Shown here piece after piece: positions 1-9,871 of a stretch of 64,000 nt of DNA. The notes beneath the pieces were generated by a model, which saw only the letters and a list, made by a program, of their open reading frames with translations, was not told where the DNA came from and did not search any database. The stretch's first letter is position 1, and each line of letters begins with the position of its first letter. Position numbers and translations under genes: made by a program. Source of the stretch: Candidatus Caccoplasma intestinavium (lineage in GTDB: Bacteria > Bacteroidota > Bacteroidia > Bacteroidales > UBA11471); the NCBI GenBank assembly GCA_018715885.1, contig DVKT01000063.1:15223-79222 (forward strand), given 5' to 3'.

Positions 1-461
1 TTTCGTTTATTATGTATTTAATTATCCGGTTTATTTTGTCTTCGTCTTCTATTTTATCGAATTTACAAACTTTCATTGTCCTACAATTTTTTGTTTGAAG
101 CTCATTTTTTCAAAATGAAAGACTCATTTTTCAAAACGGGAAATGTTCGCTTCTCGAATTTGTCGTTTTATTTTGATGTATTATATTATATATCAAAGTT
201 TTATTGGTTTTTTCTGCTTTTGAGTATTATTTTACTCTTTGTAATATGGTGCTAATACTGTGCCAAAAAATAGATTGTGATTGGAAATAGTATCGGACGG
301 GAAAATATACGGGCAATGTGCCGGTGGTGGAATGAATGTATTTGGACAACGAGATTCAAAAAGAACATAAGGGTGTTTTTGTCGTTTGTTCTCAGTCATT
401 GTGAAAAGTCGGATATCCCGTAAAAATTATAAGTCAGGTCAGGGATTTAGAAAAATATACC

Positions 462-469
462 TATTTTTG
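462..469 (+). promoter_or_regulatory. Candidate Bacteroides-type -7 promoter box (TATTTTTG = TAnnTTTG) upstream of the ResB-like gene
   Basis: Exact match to the TAnnTTTG -7 consensus, 40 nt upstream of the GTG start at 509, in an AT-rich intergenic region. Confidence 0.35.
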
Positions 470-508
470 CGTCGGAATTTTATTGCCGCAAGATTATAGC
501 AAGATATA

Positions 509-1354
509 GTGAAGAGGATAGCTGTTTATGGGGTATGGGCGGTATATTTCGGAGTGGCGCTGTTCTGTCAGCTGGTAGCTCCGAATCGTTTCCATATCGT
601 TTTTTTTGCTTTTCCCGTAAATGTCGCATTGTTGTCGTTGGTCGGCGTTTCCTTGTGGATTCTCTATAAGGAGAAGCCGCATTCCCGTTTGGCTATCTTG
701 TTGTCTGCCCCAATAACTACATTTTTGCTCGTTGCAGTTTCTTTGCTTACTTTTTTGGTGATGGGGTTTACGTCGTGGTTGACTTCTGCCTCGTGGTGGC
801 TTTTCTTTGTTCTTACAGCCTTGTCGGCAAATTTGTTGTTTGTCATATTTCGTGGTTTTCGTAAAGACAGACCGTATCGTTTGCGTTTTCTTTTCAACCA
901 CATCGGTTTGTTTCTGGCTCTTGTGTGCGGATTTGCCGGGAGTGCCGATACCCGGCAATGGAGATTACGGGTATCGGGCGATGAGGTTACGCACGAGGTT
1001 TTCTCTCCCGATGGGGAGCGTGCCCGATGGCGGCAGGGAATCAAGTTGGAAAAATTCACTGTGGCATATAATCTCGATGGAATGCCGGATAGTTACGAGG
1101 CCCGGTTGATGGTTGATGATAAGGAGGTTTCCCTCCGAGTGAACGAGCCGTATGCTCTTTCGTTGGTAGATGACTTGTATTTGGTCGATTATGAACATGT
1201 TTCCGAAGGAGAAACTGTCGGATATTGCATATTGGAAATTGTAAGACAGCCGTGGAAGTATATGCAATGGGTCGGCATTTGTATGATGATGTTGGGCAGC
1301 GTGTTATTGTTTGCACAGGGAGTTCCGCTGTCAGAAAGGAGGAAAACGCCATGA
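509..1354 (+). CDS. ResB/Ccs1-like cytochrome c biogenesis membrane protein (short form)
   Basis: GTG start. N-terminal block of hydrophobic helices, a soluble central segment and a C-terminal TM (WVGICMMMLGSVLLF). The stop overlaps the ccsA start (ATGA at 1351-1354). It sits directly upstream of ccsA, as in system-II maturation loci. Assignment rests on topology and context; no strong motif was seen. Confidence 0.55.
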   Translation: MKRIAVYGVWAVYFGVALFCQLVAPNRFHIVFFAFPVNVALLSLVGVSLWILYKEKPHSRLAILLSAPITTFLLVAVSLLTFLVMGFTSWLTSASWWLFFVLTALSANLLFVIFRGFRKDRPYRLRFLFNHIGLFLALVCGFAGSADTRQWRLRVSGDEVTHEVFSPDGERARWRQGIKLEKFTVAYNLDGMPDSYEARLMVDDKEVSLRVNEPYALSLVDDLYLVDYEHVSEGETVGYCILEIVRQPWKYMQWVGICMMMLGSVLLFAQGVPLSERRKTP

Positions 1355-2124
1355 CATGGAACGAGTTCACGGTATTTGCGATAGTTTCGGCGGCCTTTTG
1401 GATAGCCGGGGCTGTTATAGCGTTCCGACGCGAATCTTACAGCCGCTTGGCTGCCGGGCTTACCGGCGTTGGATTGTGCTTCTATACCGTGTTCATCATC
1501 GCTTTGTGGATTACCTTGCAACGTCCTCCGCTCAAAACGATGGGCGAGACACGTCTGTGGTACTCTTTTTTTATCATATTTTCGGGATTGCTTACTTATC
1601 GGAGGTGGCATTACCGATGGCTCATGTTGTTCTCGACCGTCATATCGCTGGTATTTGTCATCACCAATATATTGAAACCCGAAATACATGACCGCTCTTT
1701 GATGCCTGCGCTTCAGAGTTTTTGGTTCGTCCCGCATGTAACGGTGTACATTTTTTCCTATTCCGTACTCGGCTGTGCATTCATTTTGGCTTTGGCCGGC
1801 TGGTTTCAACGTACCGATCGTTACTTCCCGACGATAGACCGCCTCGTGTACATAGGCATGGCATTCCTGACGCTCGGTATGATGAGCGGGGCTTTGTGGG
1901 CGAAAGCGGCGTGGGGAAACTTTTGGAGTTGGGACCCGAAAGAGACGTGGGCGGCTGTTACGTGGTGTATCTATTTGCTTTACATACACCTGAGACTTTA
2001 CGGGAGAGGAGGCCGGGCCGGGCTTAACGGATTGCTCGTAGCTGGTTTTATCTGTATGCAGATGTGTTGGTACGGAGTGAATTTCCTGCCTATTGCCCGA
2101 AATAGTATGCACATGTATTCTTAA
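1351..2124 (+). CDS. ccsA: Cytochrome c assembly protein CcsA (haem-handling, system II)
   Basis: Trp-rich haem-handling motif WGNFWSWDPKETWAAVTW and a polytopic membrane profile. ORF-track start 1225 was trimmed to ATG 1351 (MTWNEF...), which overlaps the upstream stop codon. Confidence 0.85.
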   Translation: MTWNEFTVFAIVSAAFWIAGAVIAFRRESYSRLAAGLTGVGLCFYTVFIIALWITLQRPPLKTMGETRLWYSFFIIFSGLLTYRRWHYRWLMLFSTVISLVFVITNILKPEIHDRSLMPALQSFWFVPHVTVYIFSYSVLGCAFILALAGWFQRTDRYFPTIDRLVYIGMAFLTLGMMSGALWAKAAWGNFWSWDPKETWAAVTWCIYLLYIHLRLYGRGGRAGLNGLLVAGFICMQMCWYGVNFLPIARNSMHMYS

Positions 2125-2158
2125 AAACCGAAGAAATATACTTAAACTTATATTGCCT

Positions 2159-3556
2159 ATGAAAAAAAGTTCGAAAATTTTGTTGAGTCTGGTAGTTGTG
2201 GTTGCTTTACTTGCCATCATCTACCGGTTGGTGAATAAGGCCCCTTCTTCCGAATTGGCACCTAACGAGCAGATCGTAGAGGTCATGACGGACGGTGGTT
2301 GTCTGTTCTGCCATTCTGCCAATCCCAAGTTGCCTTTTTTTGCCAATTATCCTATTGCCCGGAATCTGATTGGAAAGCATGTGGAGGATGGATATGCGGC
2401 ATTCGATATGCAGCCTTTCATGACGGCCATGCGTGAGGGTACGGCACCCGATGAAGTCAGTTTGGCAAAAATAGAGCAGTGTATCGCCGATGGCTCCATG
2501 CCTTTGAAATCCTATTATCTCATTCACTGGGGTGCATCTATTACGAATAAGAAGCGAGATATGATGATGGCGGCTTTCAGGGATATACGGTCTGAATTCT
2601 ACCCGAATCCGCTTGCTGCGCCTCAATTTGCCAACGAGGCGATTCGTCCCATTCCCGATACATTTCCGCACGATGCTCGTAAGGCCCAACTCGGAGAAGA
2701 GCTCTACCACGACACACGTCTCTCGGCCGACGGGACGGTTTCTTGTGCAACATGCCACGGGATCGGTACCGCAGGAGTGGATAATAAGCGTTATTCCGAG
2801 GGTATCGACGGGCAACTCGGCGGTGTGAACGCCCCGACGGTCTATAATTCCTGTTTCAATTTCGTGCAGTTTTGGGACGGACGCGCAGCTACTTTGGCCG
2901 AGCAGGCCGGCGGTCCTCCTTTGAATCCTGTCGAGATGGGGTGCAAGTCGTTCGATGAAATTGTAAATCGTCTGGCGCAAGATAAGCATTTTACGGCTCG
3001 ATTCTTAGAGGTCTATCCCGAGGGATTGAGTCAGACGACTATCACCGATGCGATCGCCGAGTATGAGAAGACGCTCGTTACGCCCAATTCCGCATTCGAT
3101 CGTTATCTGAAAGGCGACACAAATGCCATGACCGCAGAACAGGTCGAGGGGTATGCCTTGTTCAAAGAGTATAGTTGCGCGACTTGTCATGCCGGCGTGA
3201 ATATGGGTGGGCTTTCTTACGAACTCATGGGGCGTCGCGCCAATTATTTCGAAGATCGGGAACTCACGCTTAAATCGGGTCTTACCGATGGTGATAACGG
3301 CCGTTGGGCGCAGACGAAGGTTGAGCGCGACCGGTATCGTTTCAAGACGCCGACTCTCCGCAACGTGGCGCTGACTTATCCCTATTACCACGATGGCAGT
3401 GTCGAGACGTTGAATCAAGCTATATCCATGATGGCTAAATACCAAGTCGGTCGTGATATGCCGCAGGAAGATGTCTTGAAAATTGAAAAATTTTTCGATG
3501 CACTTACCGGTGAGTATCAAGGAAAATTACTGACGAATACCAATATGAAACCGTAA
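2159..3556 (+). CDS. Cytochrome c peroxidase (di-haem CCP/MauG family) with an extra N-terminal haem-binding domain
   Basis: Three CxxCH motifs: CLFCH near the N-terminus, then CATCHGIG and CATCHAGVNMGG. CCP-type FKTPTLRNVALTYPYYHDGS motif. N-terminal signal anchor MKKSSKILLSLVVVVALLAII. Start trimmed from 2093 to ATG 2159. Confidence 0.9.
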   Translation: MKKSSKILLSLVVVVALLAIIYRLVNKAPSSELAPNEQIVEVMTDGGCLFCHSANPKLPFFANYPIARNLIGKHVEDGYAAFDMQPFMTAMREGTAPDEVSLAKIEQCIADGSMPLKSYYLIHWGASITNKKRDMMMAAFRDIRSEFYPNPLAAPQFANEAIRPIPDTFPHDARKAQLGEELYHDTRLSADGTVSCATCHGIGTAGVDNKRYSEGIDGQLGGVNAPTVYNSCFNFVQFWDGRAATLAEQAGGPPLNPVEMGCKSFDEIVNRLAQDKHFTARFLEVYPEGLSQTTITDAIAEYEKTLVTPNSAFDRYLKGDTNAMTAEQVEGYALFKEYSCATCHAGVNMGGLSYELMGRRANYFEDRELTLKSGLTDGDNGRWAQTKVERDRYRFKTPTLRNVALTYPYYHDGSVETLNQAISMMAKYQVGRDMPQEDVLKIEKFFDALTGEYQGKLLTNTNMKP

Positions 3557-3581
3557 AAAGTCCGATCCCGGAATTTTTCTT

Positions 3582-3625
3582 AATCAAACAAAGGCGGCCG
3601 ATCATCGATCCGCCTTTGTTTGATT
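3582..3625 (+). terminator. Intrinsic terminator-like hairpin after the peroxidase gene
   Basis: Perfect 16-bp arms AATCAAACAAAGGCGG / CCGCCTTTGTTTGATT with a 12-nt loop, 26 nt after the stop. The 3' arm is U-rich. Confidence 0.6.
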
Positions 3626-3834
3626 ATATACTAGATAAACCAATAGACTTCCCATGCTTGTCGTTGAGCGATCCATGTCATTTTACTAAGTATGAGTAAA
3701 GTGCGGTTATCAGCGTTTTTCCTTTGCCGATTTGGTGTGAAACTTATTGCGATTGAGGTATTATTGTTGGGGAGCCTCATGCTTGTCGTTTTGCACGACT
3801 TATAAAGCTGTCCCGAAAACAGATGAAAGGTAAC

Positions 3835-3870
3835 AAAAAAGCACTTGCATTATTGTGCAGGTGCTTTTTT
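3835..3870 (-). terminator. Terminator hairpin downstream of tRNA-Lys, flanked by an A-run and a T-run (potentially bidirectional)
   Basis: AAAAAA-GCACTTGCA-loop-TGCAGGTGC-TTTTTT: a 9-bp stem with one G-U pair, immediately 3' of the minus-strand tRNA. Confidence 0.6.
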
Positions 3871-3876
3871 ATTCCG

Positions 3877-3949
3877 TGACCCCGGAGGGGCTCGAACCCT
3901 CGACCCAATGATTAAGAGTCATTTGCTCTACCAGCTGAGCTACGGAGTC
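3877..3949 (-). tRNA. tRNA-Lys (anticodon CUU)
   Basis: The reverse complement GACTCCGTAGCTCAGCTGGTAGAGCAAATGACTCTTAATCATTGGGTCGAGGGTTCGAGCCCCTCCGGGGTCA folds by hand into a 73-nt cloverleaf. It has a 7-bp acceptor stem, GCTC/GAGC D-stem, AATGA/TCATT anticodon stem with loop CTCTTAA, and GAGGG/CCCTC T-stem with TTCGAGC loop. CCA is not encoded. Confidence 0.95.
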
Positions 3950-3963
3950 ATTATTTACGGCTG

Positions 3964-3971
3964 CAAAAGTA
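3964..3971 (-). promoter_or_regulatory. Candidate -7 box (TACTTTTG on the minus strand) for tRNA-Lys
   Basis: TAnnTTTG match ending 14 nt upstream of the mature tRNA 5' end. Confidence 0.4.
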
Positions 3972-4102
3972 ATGTTTTTTGGTAAACCGACAAAAGTTTT
4001 TGTCGATTTTTATTCCGATCTATTTATTTCCTTCTGGAAATAGATAGATTGAAAGGCCGGGACTCGTGAAAATATGTATAGAAAGGGATAATATAAAGAT
4101 TC

Positions 4103-4762
4103 TTAAATCTTACCGCCGAATGCCAAGTCGCCAGCGTCTCCCAACCCGGGATCGATATAAAGTTTCGGCGTGAGTTTGTCGTCGAGGGCCGCTGTCCATA
4201 AAGATACGGATTGCCCGGTTAATGTTTTTGCGACATATTCTAATCCCGGACGACTGGCGATGACCGAAGCGATATGTGTATGGACGGGAGTGCCGCCTTG
4301 CGCCAACAGCTCTTTGTATGCAACGACCAGAGACGATCCTGTTGCCAACATCGGGTCGACCAGCAACAGTATTTTCCCGTCGAGTCGGGGTGTATAAACG
4401 GAGTCGAAACGCACTTCCATTGTTTCTTGCGTGCGGTTGTAGGCACGACGGGCCGATATGAATGCGCTTTCAGCTCGGTCGAAGTAATTGAGAAACCCTT
4501 GATGGAAAGGAAGTCCGGCACGTAAAACGGTGGCAATGACTATGTCTCGTGCAGGCAGATTCACCTCGGCAGGGTTGATAGGTGTCTTTATGGTTTGCAG
4601 TACATAGGAAAACGTCTTGCTTATTTCGTATGCCATGATTTCTCCCACTCTTTCGAGATTTCTCCTAAATCGCATACGGTCATTTTGGAGTTCTACGTTT
4701 CTGATTTCGTTGAGAAAAGTATTCAATAAGGAATTTTGCCGGTTGAGAATCTGTAATGTCAT
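4103..4762 (-). CDS. upp: Uracil phosphoribosyltransferase
   Basis: PRPP-binding loop LLLVDPMLATGSS and C-terminal YIDPGLGDAGDLAFG. Length is about 219 aa after trimming the ORF-track start 4822 to ATG 4762 (MTLQILN...). Confidence 0.9.
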   Translation of the reverse strand: MTLQILNRQNSLLNTFLNEIRNVELQNDRMRFRRNLERVGEIMAYEISKTFSYVLQTIKTPINPAEVNLPARDIVIATVLRAGLPFHQGFLNYFDRAESAFISARRAYNRTQETMEVRFDSVYTPRLDGKILLLVDPMLATGSSLVVAYKELLAQGGTPVHTHIASVIASRPGLEYVAKTLTGQSVSLWTAALDDKLTPKLYIDPGLGDAGDLAFGGKI

Positions 4763-4886
4763 CGCTTGTTTCGAGTAAGATGATTGGACTGCAATATTGC
4801 TTAAAAAAATCGGAATGCCCAAATTTTATCGGGACGTTATCGGTATAACCCGACGACTTTGTTTGTGTAACTTCAACTTTTATGTA

Positions 4887-4894
4887 TATCTTTG
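4887..4894 (+). promoter_or_regulatory. Candidate -7 box (TATCTTTG) for the GH95-GH2-esterase module
   Basis: Exact TAnnTTTG match. It lies inside the ORF-track 5' extension (4882), which argues that translation starts at ATG 4921 or 4951. Confidence 0.4.
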
Positions 4895-4920
4895 TTGAGT
4901 TCTCTTTTATGTCTTATATC

Positions 4921-7413
4921 ATGAAATGCCACCGTGCCGCTTCAGGTTCAATGCCGAAGATAAGTTCCTTTATAGGAATTTTTGTCTTGATGCAGATTTT
5001 TTTCGGTATATCGTCTGCCCGGGCGCAAGAAGGATTGAAGTTGTGGTATGATAAACCCGCGGGTGAATGGGTTGAGGCGTTGCCGGTAGGGAACGGACGC
5101 ATCGGGGCGATGGTTTTCGGCGGAGTAAGCAGTGAGTTGATCCGGCTGAATGAGTCCTCGCTTTGGTCGGGTTGTCCGGTACAGGACAGCCTCAACATCG
5201 ATGCCCCTTGTTACTTGCCTTTGATTCGTAAAGCTCTTTTCGAGGGCGATTTTTCTACGGCTGCGCAAGGTTGTCGGTTCATGCAGGGACCTTATAGTGC
5301 CAGTTATCTTCCGCTGGGAGATTTGCATATCTCATATATGATGCCCCGTTCGGCTCCCACCGATTATTATAGGGCGTTGAATCTCTCGGAAGCATCGGCC
5401 GTTACTCGTTTTACGGTGGCCGGTATTACCTACGAACGGGAGGTGTTTGCTTCGTCTTCTGATGATGTTTTGGCAGTGCGTCTCACTGCTTCGAGAAAAA
5501 ATTCCCTTTCTTTGCATATCACTCTTTCTTCTCCGTTGCATTATGAGTTGGAAGCCCCGGCTTTCGATGAACTGACGATGCGGGGTGTTGCTCCGATACG
5601 GGTCGATCCCGATTATTATGTAGTCGATGGTCGGAGTCCGATTGTTTATGAGGAGAACGGGCATACCGGCATGAGATTCCGTACCTGTCTGAAAGTTGTA
5701 GCCAAAGGCGGTGTCGTATCGTCCGATACGTGCGGGATACATGTCGATCAGGCATCGGAAGTGGTGGTGTTGCTTTCGGCAGCTACCAGCTTTAACGGTT
5801 TTGACAAATATCCCGATACCGAAGGTGCCGATGAAAAAAGTCTTGCCGAAAACATGTTGCATAAGGCATCGGCCTATACCTACAAGAATTTGAAGAAACG
5901 CCATGTTTCCGATTTTCGAAAATATTTCGATCGTTTCTCCGTTTCTTTGGGGCTGACGGCCGATTCTTTGAAAAAGATTCCTACCGACCGGCGGCTCATT
6001 GCTTATGCCCGGGGACATTCCGATCCCGAGTTGGAAGTGCTTTATTTCCAGTACGGTCGTTATTTACTTATTTCTTCTTCTCGTATAGGTGGTCGTCCGG
6101 CTAATTTACAAGGTATTTGGAATCCTTATATACAAGCTCCGTGGAGCTCCAATTATACGATAAATGTAAATACCGAGATGAATTATTGGCCGGCCGAGGT
6201 AACATCTCTTCCGGAGATGCATGAACCACTTCTCGACTGGATTTCCGGCCTGTCTCGTACCGGTATGGTTACAGCCCGGCAGTTTTATGGCTGTCGAGGT
6301 TGGGTGGCACATCAGAATTCCGATATTTGGTGCATGAGCAATCCTGTGGGGAATGGTGTTGGAGACCCGACGTGGGCCAATTGGTACATGGGCGGGAATT
6401 GGCTGTGCAGGCATCTTTATGAACATTATGCCTATACACGGGATAAGAGTTTTTTACAGGAAGCCTATCCGATTATGAAAGGCGCTGCCCGTTTTTGTTT
6501 GGATTGGTTGGTGGAGAAGGACGGTTATTTACTGACGGCTCCGTCTACTTCTCCTGAAAATAATTATCGTGTCGACGGAAAGATCGGTTCCGTTACGATG
6601 GGGGCAACGATGGATATGTCTATCATTTGGGATCTGTTTACCCACCTTATCGAGGCTTCGGCTGTTTTGGGTATCGATGCTTCGTTTCGGGATACGCTTG
6701 TTACGGCACGGGAACAGCTTTATCCGTTGCGTATAGGAAGCCGGGGAGAGTTGTTGGAGTGGTATGACGAGTACGAAGAGGTAGATCCGCATCATCGTCA
6801 TGTCTCGCAGCTTTACGGGCTGTATCCCGGTCGTCAGATTTCTCCTCTTTATACGCCCCGGTATGCCGAGGCCTGCCGCCGTACACTCGAAATGCGGGGC
6901 GACGGGGGCACTGGGTGGAGTAAGGCATGGAAGATAAATTTTTGGGCGCGTTTGCTCGATGGAGACCATGCTTATAAGATGATACGCGATATTATGAAGG
7001 CTGTCGGTCCCGGGACTTTAAATAAGGGAGGTGGTACTTATCCTAATCTTTTCGATGCCCACCCACCCTTTCAGATCGACGGAAATTTTGGTGCTACTGC
7101 CGGTTTGGCGGAGATGTTGTTACAAAGCCATTTGGGAGAAATTCATTTGTTGCCGGCCTTACCCGCAGCCTGGTCGCGGGGAGAGGTCTCGGGATTGAAG
7201 GCTCGCGGAGGCTTTGATGTCTCTTTTTCTTGGCGGGACGGACGTCTTGTAAAAGGAGAGATTCTCTCCGTGGCCGGAGAATCTTGCACCGTGCGATCGA
7301 AACAGCCTCTTTTTATCAAGGGAGCGAAGGTCTCGGCCCGAGAAAAGAATGGGTATTTTATATATACGTTTGCTACGCGGGAGGGTGTCCGATATAAGTT
7401 TTTGACAGAATAA
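4921..7413 (+). CDS. GH95 glycoside hydrolase (alpha-L-fucosidase / alpha-L-galactosidase type), secreted
   Basis: GH95 N-terminal signature LKLWYDKPAGEWVEALPVGNGRIGAMVFGG...LNESSLWSG. Also NLQGIWN, YTINVNTEMNYWPAE, GWSKAWKINFWARL and PPFQIDGNFG. Signal peptide ends ...SSARAQ. The start may alternatively be 4951. Confidence 0.85.
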   Translation: MKCHRAASGSMPKISSFIGIFVLMQIFFGISSARAQEGLKLWYDKPAGEWVEALPVGNGRIGAMVFGGVSSELIRLNESSLWSGCPVQDSLNIDAPCYLPLIRKALFEGDFSTAAQGCRFMQGPYSASYLPLGDLHISYMMPRSAPTDYYRALNLSEASAVTRFTVAGITYEREVFASSSDDVLAVRLTASRKNSLSLHITLSSPLHYELEAPAFDELTMRGVAPIRVDPDYYVVDGRSPIVYEENGHTGMRFRTCLKVVAKGGVVSSDTCGIHVDQASEVVVLLSAATSFNGFDKYPDTEGADEKSLAENMLHKASAYTYKNLKKRHVSDFRKYFDRFSVSLGLTADSLKKIPTDRRLIAYARGHSDPELEVLYFQYGRYLLISSSRIGGRPANLQGIWNPYIQAPWSSNYTINVNTEMNYWPAEVTSLPEMHEPLLDWISGLSRTGMVTARQFYGCRGWVAHQNSDIWCMSNPVGNGVGDPTWANWYMGGNWLCRHLYEHYAYTRDKSFLQEAYPIMKGAARFCLDWLVEKDGYLLTAPSTSPENNYRVDGKIGSVTMGATMDMSIIWDLFTHLIEASAVLGIDASFRDTLVTAREQLYPLRIGSRGELLEWYDEYEEVDPHHRHVSQLYGLYPGRQISPLYTPRYAEACRRTLEMRGDGGTGWSKAWKINFWARLLDGDHAYKMIRDIMKAVGPGTLNKGGGTYPNLFDAHPPFQIDGNFGATAGLAEMLLQSHLGEIHLLPALPAAWSRGEVSGLKARGGFDVSFSWRDGRLVKGEILSVAGESCTVRSKQPLFIKGAKVSAREKNGYFIYTFATREGVRYKFLTE

Positions 7414-7434
7414 TATAGTGAAACAACAGATATC

Positions 7435-9855
7435 ATGAAACGAGCGATTTTTTTACCTTTATTGTGTTTGGCACTGGCTGTAATGGCTCAGCCGCGTCAG
7501 GAAATTTATTTGGAGAAAGGGTGGCGTTTTACCCGGGGCGATATATCAGGTGCTGCTGATCCGGCATTCGACGATAGTCGCTGGGAGAGTGTCGAGGTCC
7601 CTCATGATTGGGCCATTTACGGACCGTTCGATAAGGAAATAGACAAGCAGGTCGTTGCCATAGAGCAGAACGGAGAAACTGTTCCTACGGAGAAAACCGG
7701 ACGTACCGGAGCGTTGCCGTATATCGGCGTAGGGTGGTATAGGACAACGTTTGCCGTGCCGTCGGGGCGCCGGGCAACATTGGTTTTCGATGGAGCGATG
7801 AGCCGGCCGATCATTTATGTCAATGGTAAAGAGGTAGGTCGTTGGGCTTACGGCTATACGCCGTTTTATATCGATGTTACTCCGTATTTGAAAGAGGGTG
7901 ATAATTGTCTTGCCGTGCGGCTTGAAAATCTGCCCGAGAGTTCCCGCTGGTATCCGGGAGCCGGCTTGTATCGTCCCGTGCGGTTGGTTCTTACGGGCGA
8001 CGTGGCTGTGCGTACATGGGGTACACGGATAACGACTCCTGTCGTTACTCCGGATAATGCGTTGGTACAGATCGATGCCGAGATAGAGAATGCATCGGGG
8101 CACGATCTCGATATTTCGACGGTCATTTACGATGCGACCGGAAATCCTGTGGTACGAAGCGATGCTCAGGAACTTTTTTTCGATGGGACGACAAGTGCTC
8201 GTCTGACGATAAAGACTCCCCGTTTATGGTCGCCCGAATCTCCGTCGCTTTATACGGCAGTGGTTTCGGTGAAAGAAAACGGTGAACTGCTCGATGAATA
8301 TGCGACCCGTTTTGGCGTGCGTAGTATCGAGATTTCTCCCGAAAAAGGGTTTGTCCTCAATGGTGTTCCGCGTAAATTCAAAGGCGTCTGCCTGCATCAT
8401 GACCTCGGCCCGTTGGGTGCGGCTGTCAATAAAGCCGCTTTGCGGCGTCAATTGCTCATCATGAAAGAGATGGGCTGCGATGCTATTCGCACGGCACATA
8501 ATATTCCGGCTTCTTGGCAGATGGAACTTTGCGATGAAATGGGTCTGATGGTAATGGCCGAGTCGTTCGATGAATGGGCGGTAGCCAAGTGTAAAAACGG
8601 TTATAATCTGTTTTTCGACGAGTGGGCCGAGAAAGATTTGGTGAGTCTTATTCGTTGTAATCGCAATCACCCGTCTATTGTGATGTGGAGTATTGGTAAT
8701 GAAGTGAACGAACAGAGTCGTACCGGAGGTGGAAAAGTGGCAAAATTTTTACAGGATATATGTCATCGTGAAGATCCTACTCGGCCGGTAACGGTGGGTA
8801 TGGATCGTCCCGATCATGCGATGAAAAATCAATTTGCAGCTGTTCTCGATGTCCCAGGCTTGAATTACCGTCTGCATCGTTATGAGGAGAGTTACAAGCG
8901 TATGCCTCAACGTATGATTTTGGGTTCGGAAACGGCTTCGACCATCAGTTCGCGCGGGGTATATAAATTCCCGGTCGAACAGACTAAAGGCGCGATGTAC
9001 GAAGATGCGCAATGTTGTTCTTATGATATGGGGGCTTGTCCGTGGTCGAATCTTCCCGATGATGATTGGGCTTTCCAAGATGATAAATCGTGGGTGATCG
9101 GAGAATTCGTTTGGACAGGTTTCGATTATCTCGGCGAGCCGACTCCTTATGACGATGTCTGGCCCTCGCGCAGTTCTTATTTCGGAATCTGCGATTTGGC
9201 GGGACTTCCCAAAGATCGATATTATCTTTATCGCAGTCGGTGGAATACCGATTCGCCGACGTTGCATATCCTGCCTCATTGGAATTGGGAAGGCCGGGAA
9301 GGGGAGGTAACCCCGGTGTATTGTTATACCAGTTACCCGTCGGCCGAGTTGTTTGTCAATGGAAAATCACAGGGGAAGCGCACAAAAGATGCGTCCCGTC
9401 CTTATGACCGTTACCGTTTACGTTGGAATGATGTCGTATATGAACCCGGTATAGTGAAAGTCGTGGCTTACGATGAAACCGGAAATGCCGTGGCCGAGAA
9501 GGAGATGCGTACAGCCGGACGCCCGCACCATTTGGTCTTGACGTCCGACCGTAGGGAGTTGGCGGCTAACGGTAAAGATTTGGCATTTGTTACGGTACAG
9601 GCTGTCGATAAGGACGGGAATCCGTGTCCGTTGGCCGATAACGCTTTACGTTTCGATGTTGTCGGTGCGGGTGAGTACCGGGCAGCTTGTAACGGAGATG
9701 CCACTTCGACCGAAAAGTTTCATCTGCCTACGATGAAACTTTTCAACGGGCAGTTGGTCGTTATCGTGCGTACGCATGAACAACCCGGCGAAATAAACCT
9801 TACCGTTTCGGGAAAGGGCTTGAAAACAGCTAAATTGACTTTACAAAGCAAATAA
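7435..9855 (+). CDS. GH2 glycoside hydrolase (beta-galactosidase/beta-glucuronidase family), secreted
   Basis: NHPSIVMWSIGNE acid/base region, WVIGEFVWTGFDYLGEP nucleophile region, N-terminal sugar-binding domain (WRF...WESVEVPHDW) and signal peptide MKRAIFLPLLCLALAVMAQ. Confidence 0.85.
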   Translation: MKRAIFLPLLCLALAVMAQPRQEIYLEKGWRFTRGDISGAADPAFDDSRWESVEVPHDWAIYGPFDKEIDKQVVAIEQNGETVPTEKTGRTGALPYIGVGWYRTTFAVPSGRRATLVFDGAMSRPIIYVNGKEVGRWAYGYTPFYIDVTPYLKEGDNCLAVRLENLPESSRWYPGAGLYRPVRLVLTGDVAVRTWGTRITTPVVTPDNALVQIDAEIENASGHDLDISTVIYDATGNPVVRSDAQELFFDGTTSARLTIKTPRLWSPESPSLYTAVVSVKENGELLDEYATRFGVRSIEISPEKGFVLNGVPRKFKGVCLHHDLGPLGAAVNKAALRRQLLIMKEMGCDAIRTAHNIPASWQMELCDEMGLMVMAESFDEWAVAKCKNGYNLFFDEWAEKDLVSLIRCNRNHPSIVMWSIGNEVNEQSRTGGGKVAKFLQDICHREDPTRPVTVGMDRPDHAMKNQFAAVLDVPGLNYRLHRYEESYKRMPQRMILGSETASTISSRGVYKFPVEQTKGAMYEDAQCCSYDMGACPWSNLPDDDWAFQDDKSWVIGEFVWTGFDYLGEPTPYDDVWPSRSSYFGICDLAGLPKDRYYLYRSRWNTDSPTLHILPHWNWEGREGEVTPVYCYTSYPSAELFVNGKSQGKRTKDASRPYDRYRLRWNDVVYEPGIVKVVAYDETGNAVAEKEMRTAGRPHHLVLTSDRRELAANGKDLAFVTVQAVDKDGNPCPLADNALRFDVVGAGEYRAACNGDATSTEKFHLPTMKLFNGQLVVIVRTHEQPGEINLTVSGKGLKTAKLTLQSK

Positions 9856-9871
9856 TGAGGAGGAATAAATC

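Noticed and set aside
1-76. A possible minus-strand gene start (ATG at 76-74; MKVCKFDKIEDEDKINRIIKYIINE...) running off the 5' edge.
   Set aside because: Only 25 codons are visible, there is no motif, and I found no matching promoter box, so it cannot be supported from this window alone.
3654-3791. A 13-bp direct repeat CATGCTTGTCGTT (3654-3666 and 3779-3791) in the convergent gap next to tRNA-Lys, considered as att-site scars of an integrated element. tRNA-Lys was also considered as an island boundary for the PUL.
   Set aside because: The repeat does not overlap the tRNA 3' end. No integrase is present, and upp lies between the tRNA and the PUL. A single 13-mer duplication may be chance.
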